Positions 45,234 through 48,833 of a stretch of DNA of 48,833 nucleotides are shown piece after piece. Made by a program: the position numbers and the translations under genes. Positions within the stretch are counted from its first letter, which is position 1. Each line of letters starts with the position of its first letter. A model generated the notes under the pieces. It was given only the letters and a program-made list of their open reading frames with translations, did no database searches and was not told the DNA's origin. Source of the stretch: a virus (Duplodnaviria; Caudoviricetes); IMG/VR virus record IMGVR_UViG_3300042196_000028, positions 1-48,833 of that record. The stretch is one strand, 5' to 3'.

Positions 45234-45373
45234 GCGCCGATGAAGCCAGTGGCTACTACGGCGGGACCTGCATACGTCTCGCCAGCGAGATCGATGAAGT
45301 TCGCTGTTTCAAGCACGCCGAACGCGGCGAGTACCATGTTAAACAGAATTGTTTTGCTTTTGAGCCAGTTCAT
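45191..45373 (-). CDS. Small holin-like protein
   Basis: KSKTILFN..two TM..LRKVTTVPL; AAGGAG RBS. Confidence 0.65.
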   Translation of the reverse strand: MNWLKSKTILFNMVLAAFGVLETANFIDLAGETYAGPAVVATGFIGAWLRKVTTVPLSAK

Positions 45374-45414
45374 AGTCGTCTCCTTGGTAAATGCTCGCTT
45401 CCGGCGAGCGCGGT

Positions 45415-45684
45415 TTAATCGCGTGCAACCCTTGCCGCTTCGATTGCAGCCTTGATCTGGTCGAGCGTGCCGCCCTCAATGCAGAGATTTTGAACTCTGC
45501 CGTGGAACGAAACGGCCTTGGCGACTTGTTCGGGAGTGCGGCGCGGAGCGACGAGAAGCATGTACGCCGCGTGCAATCTGTCTTCCGAACGGCAAAGTTG
45601 TTCGGCCCTTGAAAAGAGTTTATCGGTGATGGCACAGCCGCCGAGTACAAGCGCAAGCGCGCCCGCAAGTGCGAGTTTTCGCAT
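45415..45684 (-). CDS. Lipoprotein (spanin-like)
   Basis: Lipobox LGGC. Confidence 0.65.
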   Translation of the reverse strand: MRKLALAGALALVLGGCAITDKLFSRAEQLCRSEDRLHAAYMLLVAPRRTPEQVAKAVSFHGRVQNLCIEGGTLDQIKAAIEAARVARD

Positions 45685-45705
45685 TTCATTCTCCGTTGGT
45701 TGTAA

Positions 45706-46176
45706 TTAAAGTCTGGCTGCCTGGACGTGCATCCAGTCGAAATCCTTGGCCCGACCAAGCGAGGTCCAGCCTTCTTCTTCCCAGAACTCAAAGAACGCAT
45801 CCGCGTCCGGCTTTGCTAGCCGCGCCTTGTTGTGGTTCCAGCGCAGAAAGTTTCTGGATGGATCGAAGTCAATCGCGCAGGCATAGGCGTGCATGGAAAG
45901 AGCGGTGCCGCCGCGCATCGGTCTGTTGTTGTAACAACCGCCAAAAAGATCGAGGCCCAAGTCCTTGATCTTTTCCATTCCGTAATGCGCCTTGGTTTTC
46001 TCAAGCACTTTGAGAGCCGAGCCCGCGCATTTCTTGTGAATGGTAATGCGTTTGACAATTACGTGCTGATCCCATGCGAGTTTCATGGGGTAGGGAAGAT
46101 CGAGCATCATGTGCCCGGTTCCCGGCTTTCCATAAAAGGAAGCGCACTCGCGCTGACGTGGCCAGCGTGTTGGCAT
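45706..46176 (-). CDS. Endolysin B: M15 family peptidase
   Basis: R..SMHAYACAIDF..DWMHVQ; start MPTRW at the same ATG position as endolysin A. Confidence 0.88.
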   Translation of the reverse strand: MPTRWPRQRECASFYGKPGTGHMMLDLPYPMKLAWDQHVIVKRITIHKKCAGSALKVLEKTKAHYGMEKIKDLGLDLFGGCYNNRPMRGGTALSMHAYACAIDFDPSRNFLRWNHNKARLAKPDADAFFEFWEEEGWTSLGRAKDFDWMHVQAARL

Positions 46177-46199
46177 ATCTCTCTCCAATGTCTAGTGAG

Positions 46200-46586
46200 T
46201 CAGAAGCCGCGATTGGGAAAATACAAACAGCGGATAGCCGGTCCAGGAAAGCGGCACAGGTGAAAGAACTCATCACCGCTCGGCTTTGCCTTGGCTCGGG
46301 TAACAAATTCGCCGGAAGCTTTGATCGTGAAACCGGCAAGCGTTTCGCTCACGGCACCCTCGGGCAGTTGCCAACAATCATCGCCTCCGCAGCAACTCGC
46401 ATCGTAGGCCCAGCCAGACATGGCTTCGTGCGCCTTCGCCTTCTCGGGAACAATGAAGCCGAAGAATATCGCGGCAGCCAGAAACGTAACAATCGCAAAC
46501 GCCCAAATCAGTAGTGAGTTGGTAAGCCGTGCGGGGCGCGGATCAGGCCCATAGATTTTCTCGTCCCATTCCTCTCGGTAATCCAT
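46200..46586 (-). CDS. Membrane-anchored Cys-rich protein (allele B)
   Basis: N-terminus identical to 1213-1599, C-terminal domain diverged. Confidence 0.7.
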   Translation of the reverse strand: MDYREEWDEKIYGPDPRPARLTNSLLIWAFAIVTFLAAAIFFGFIVPEKAKAHEAMSGWAYDASCCGGDDCWQLPEGAVSETLAGFTIKASGEFVTRAKAKPSGDEFFHLCRFPGPAIRCLYFPNRGF

Positions 46587-47179
46587 TAGGACGGCCACCG
46601 ATATTCGAGCGCCGCGCCAGCCGAGCGCGTGTAGCGACACACGCCCTTACGTCCACAATTTCCTGAGACGAGCGTCACAGTGTTGCCGTTTACGGATTCT
46701 ACTATCGCAACATGGCCTCCGCGCTTGCCACGACTGTAAATCGCGATTGCGCCGGGACGGGCCGATGTACGCCGTCCGTATTTCAGGAATGATTTGGCAG
46801 CGCGCGAGCCAGTGCCGCGATAACCGGCTTGGCGTAGTTTCTGGTTCAGAAAATCTGCACACCATAGGCGAGACGGAACGCCAAGTTGCCTTGCACTCTT
46901 GCCAACATCGGCTTTCGCCTTAGCCAACCAAGGCGCTGCACTCGAATGATATGAAACCGAGCGCGAAGGCGTGAACTTTTTACCGGCTACCTTCGTTGTC
47001 TTGCGCTTGGCCTTCTTGGTATAGCCCCCGAAATGCCGGGCCTGCTTGACGCTCGATAGCTGCCACGGCTCTACATAGCCCTTGCCGGGGACATAGATTG
47101 AATCCGGGCCTCCTTGGGCCAATACGGGAGTTGAGAATAGCAAACACAAGATCGCGAGCGGTGCGAGGATAAATCGCAT
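46586..47179 (-). CDS. CHAP/NlpC-like hydrolase (copy 2)
   Basis: Translation identical to 1599-2192. Confidence 0.8.
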   Translation of the reverse strand: MRFILAPLAILCLLFSTPVLAQGGPDSIYVPGKGYVEPWQLSSVKQARHFGGYTKKAKRKTTKVAGKKFTPSRSVSYHSSAAPWLAKAKADVGKSARQLGVPSRLWCADFLNQKLRQAGYRGTGSRAAKSFLKYGRRTSARPGAIAIYSRGKRGGHVAIVESVNGNTVTLVSGNCGRKGVCRYTRSAGAALEYRWPS

Positions 47180-47207
47180 CGGGGGCTCCGTTGCTGTTGG
47201 AAAGGTC

Positions 47208-47885
47208 TTAGGAAAGCTCGGAATAAAAGGACTGCATCATATTAAGTGAGCCTTCGTCTTCCATATCGACAATGGCGTCTGCCGGTGTCTGTCCGAAATA
47301 AAATGCTCGAAACGCGACCCAATGAGCGGAGTTTACGATTTCAACGCCAACCTCCCCGTCCTTGGCGTCATTGCCGCCAATAGTAAGCGTTCGCGGGTCG
47401 ATGCTTGGGATAATGCCAAGAGCATTTGGCATCGCCGTATAGACGCCAAAGATCAAAAGCGGCGGTGTTCCGCCTGACGCTGCCACGGTCTGCGGTGTCG
47501 GGTTGCCTTGTGTCTCCTGATCTAATGGCGTCGATAAGTTGTCGGAAACCGGCGGCTTGCCTCCGCGAAATACCAGAAGAATTTTACTGTTCGTCCGGTT
47601 TCCGTTCATGCCGGTTAGTATCGTGGATGCTTCTGTCCCGACCGCTATTTTCCGGCTTGTGATAACCTTTCGATTTCCTGCCGGACCAGTTGTTTTGACT
47701 TCAGAGAAACCACTCGGAATAACTGATGTTGGACTCCCAGAGGATGTTGTCGCGAAATCGGATAAAACAAGATAATCGCCCTTCTTGACAGTCGCGGGAA
47801 CAGTGATCGTACTTGTCGTGCTCGTTACCGATGCTAAAAGTTTTGGCCTTGGCGCTGCTGAACCGATAAACCCCGTAACCGCCAC
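47208..47885 (-). CDS. Tail-associated protein (copy 2)
   Basis: Translation identical to 2221-2898. Confidence 0.6.
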   Translation of the reverse strand: MAVTGFIGSAAPRPKLLASVTSTTSTITVPATVKKGDYLVLSDFATTSSGSPTSVIPSGFSEVKTTGPAGNRKVITSRKIAVGTEASTILTGMNGNRTNSKILLVFRGGKPPVSDNLSTPLDQETQGNPTPQTVAASGGTPPLLIFGVYTAMPNALGIIPSIDPRTLTIGGNDAKDGEVGVEIVNSAHWVAFRAFYFGQTPADAIVDMEDEGSLNMMQSFYSELS

Positions 47886-48463
47886 TAGATCGTCCTCGTG
47901 ACTTTCACGGTCACGGTCATGTTTTCGCAACCGGAATTGCCGCTGACGGTTCCACGAAAATTATCCCCCGCCACGAAAGCATTTGCGGTCGTGTGCGCTT
48001 GTTCCTGTTCGCTCGTAGAAACAGAGTTGGCCGTCCCGCCCAATGCGGTCGTGTTGATCTTGCCAGTGAATATGCAAGTCCCCGCCGCGCTGATGGTCGT
48101 AGTTGAATTGACCGATCCCGGAAAAGGAAGGTTGATGATAAAGTCGTAGTCCTTGTCGTCAGGAAACTCGATGAGCCATGACCAGAGTTCGACAACCGAA
48201 ACCGTGGCCCATTCTGGATCGTCCGCACCCTGCTTTAGAAACTGCCCTGTCGTCCCCTTCGCCAATCTCGCCGCTGTCGTATCGTCGCGATAGATGATGT
48301 CGCCGCGCGTGGTGAGTAGGCTATTTGGAATTGCACCGTTTGCCGTTGCTGTAAGTGCAGCCCATTCTTCGCTGCCGAGTAACCGGCTTTTGGTCTGCCG
48401 GAATGCAGCTAGGTTTTCAGGTCCCGGTAGCGGACGAAGTACCTTGTCGTCTTCCGGTTTCAT
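47885..48463 (-). CDS. Minor tail protein (allele B N-terminus)
   Basis: Probable start MKPEDD just after the upstream stop; identical to 2898-3449 from LTTRGD onward. Confidence 0.65.
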   Translation of the reverse strand: MKPEDDKVLRPLPGPENLAAFRQTKSRLLGSEEWAALTATANGAIPNSLLTTRGDIIYRDDTTAARLAKGTTGQFLKQGADDPEWATVSVVELWSWLIEFPDDKDYDFIINLPFPGSVNSTTTISAAGTCIFTGKINTTALGGTANSVSTSEQEQAHTTANAFVAGDNFRGTVSGNSGCENMTVTVKVTRTI

Positions 48464-48467
48464 GCGC

Positions 48468-48833
48468 CTAGGCGACCTTCCAGACCATAACTTCGGCGTA
48501 CACTTCGACGACGCTGAAACTTCCCGCTCGCCCCCCCTCTCCGCTTCGCGTCGTATTATGCTGCAACTCGAAACTTTTTTGCGCAGCGATTGTGAAACGC
48601 CCGCGAACAATTGAATTGGTCCCCGTTGACGATATGTCGCCGCCTATGGTTTCAGACGAACCAATCAAAGTGTCCGCGATATCGGTTATGTTGTGCAGTT
48701 TCGCTTTATGAAAATCGGTGTGGTTGCCTCCGGTCGGTCCCGTTACCAGATTGGCCCACGCATCGACATGATATGTTCCGGCTGGAAGCGTGATCCGGTT
48801 GGAACCGAGCGATGCGCCAGTTATTTCATTGGT
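48468..48833 (-). CDS. Partial tail fibre C-terminus (phage B)
   Basis: Open frame from the window edge: NRITLPAGTY..FELQH..VEVYAEVMVWKVA; unlike the fibre A C-terminus. Confidence 0.7.
   Translation of the reverse strand, partial: TNEITGASLGSNRITLPAGTYHVDAWANLVTGPTGGNHTDFHKAKLHNITDIADTLIGSSETIGGDISSTGTNSIVRGRFTIAAQKSFELQHNTTRSGEGGRAGSFSVVEVYAEVMVWKVA

Larger units (their letters stand above)
46174..48316 (+). repeat. Direct repeat copy 2 (offset 44,987 bp)
   Basis: Starts at CATATCTCTCTCC and ends at CGTGGTGAG, as in copy 1. Confidence 0.97.
42400..48833. mobile_element. Lysis/tail end of a second related phage B (or a variant allele set of A)
   Basis: Second, non-homologous lysis cassette, a repeat of 1187-3329, then a different tail-fibre C-terminus running off the window. 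Confidence 0.65.

Noticed and set aside
46174-48316. Simple terminal redundancy or circular-overlap duplication
   Set aside because: Both flanks differ and part of the repeat is diverged, so it is not a plain overlap of one genome (a variant chimera remains possible)
47885-48610. 241-aa extended ORF
   Set aside because: The extension overlaps the upstream fibre gene; the start at 48463 is preferred

Overview
This window is entirely temperate phage DNA, with no recognisable host housekeeping genes; its gene content suggests an alphaproteobacterial (Rhizobiales-like) host. It carries an almost complete short-tailed (podovirus-type) phage. On the minus strand are the late genes: TerS, TerL, portal, an accessory virion block, scaffold, capsid, adaptor/nozzle, ejection proteins, tail fibre and lysis (1-25.1 kb), followed by the middle genes (25.2-31.5 kb). 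A lambdoid cro/cI switch with five 17-bp operators lies at 31.3-32.7 kb. A plus-strand early operon ends in xis/int with an attP-like region (32.7-42.4 kb). A second, different lysis cassette and the start of a second tail region follow (43.3-48.8 kb). A 2,143-bp direct repeat (1187-3329 and 46174-48316, offset 44,987 bp) has different genes on both sides of each copy, which fits either two related prophages in tandem or a chimera of phage variants. Most notable observations: (i) several small accessory genes sit in cassettes bounded by inverted GGACTA...TAGTCC ends, three of them with a homologous ~75-nt leader; (ii) a C5 methyltransferase whose motif-IX subunit appears to be encoded in an overlapping frame; (iii) a highly structured ~255-nt non-coding segment where replication genes are expected; (iv) a Maf/DUF115-like plus methyltransferase fusion inside the capsid operon and an antisense GSCFA gene abutting a beta-helix spike; (v) an endolysin swap exactly at the start codon. 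All functional calls come from motif recognition and synteny, not database searches.
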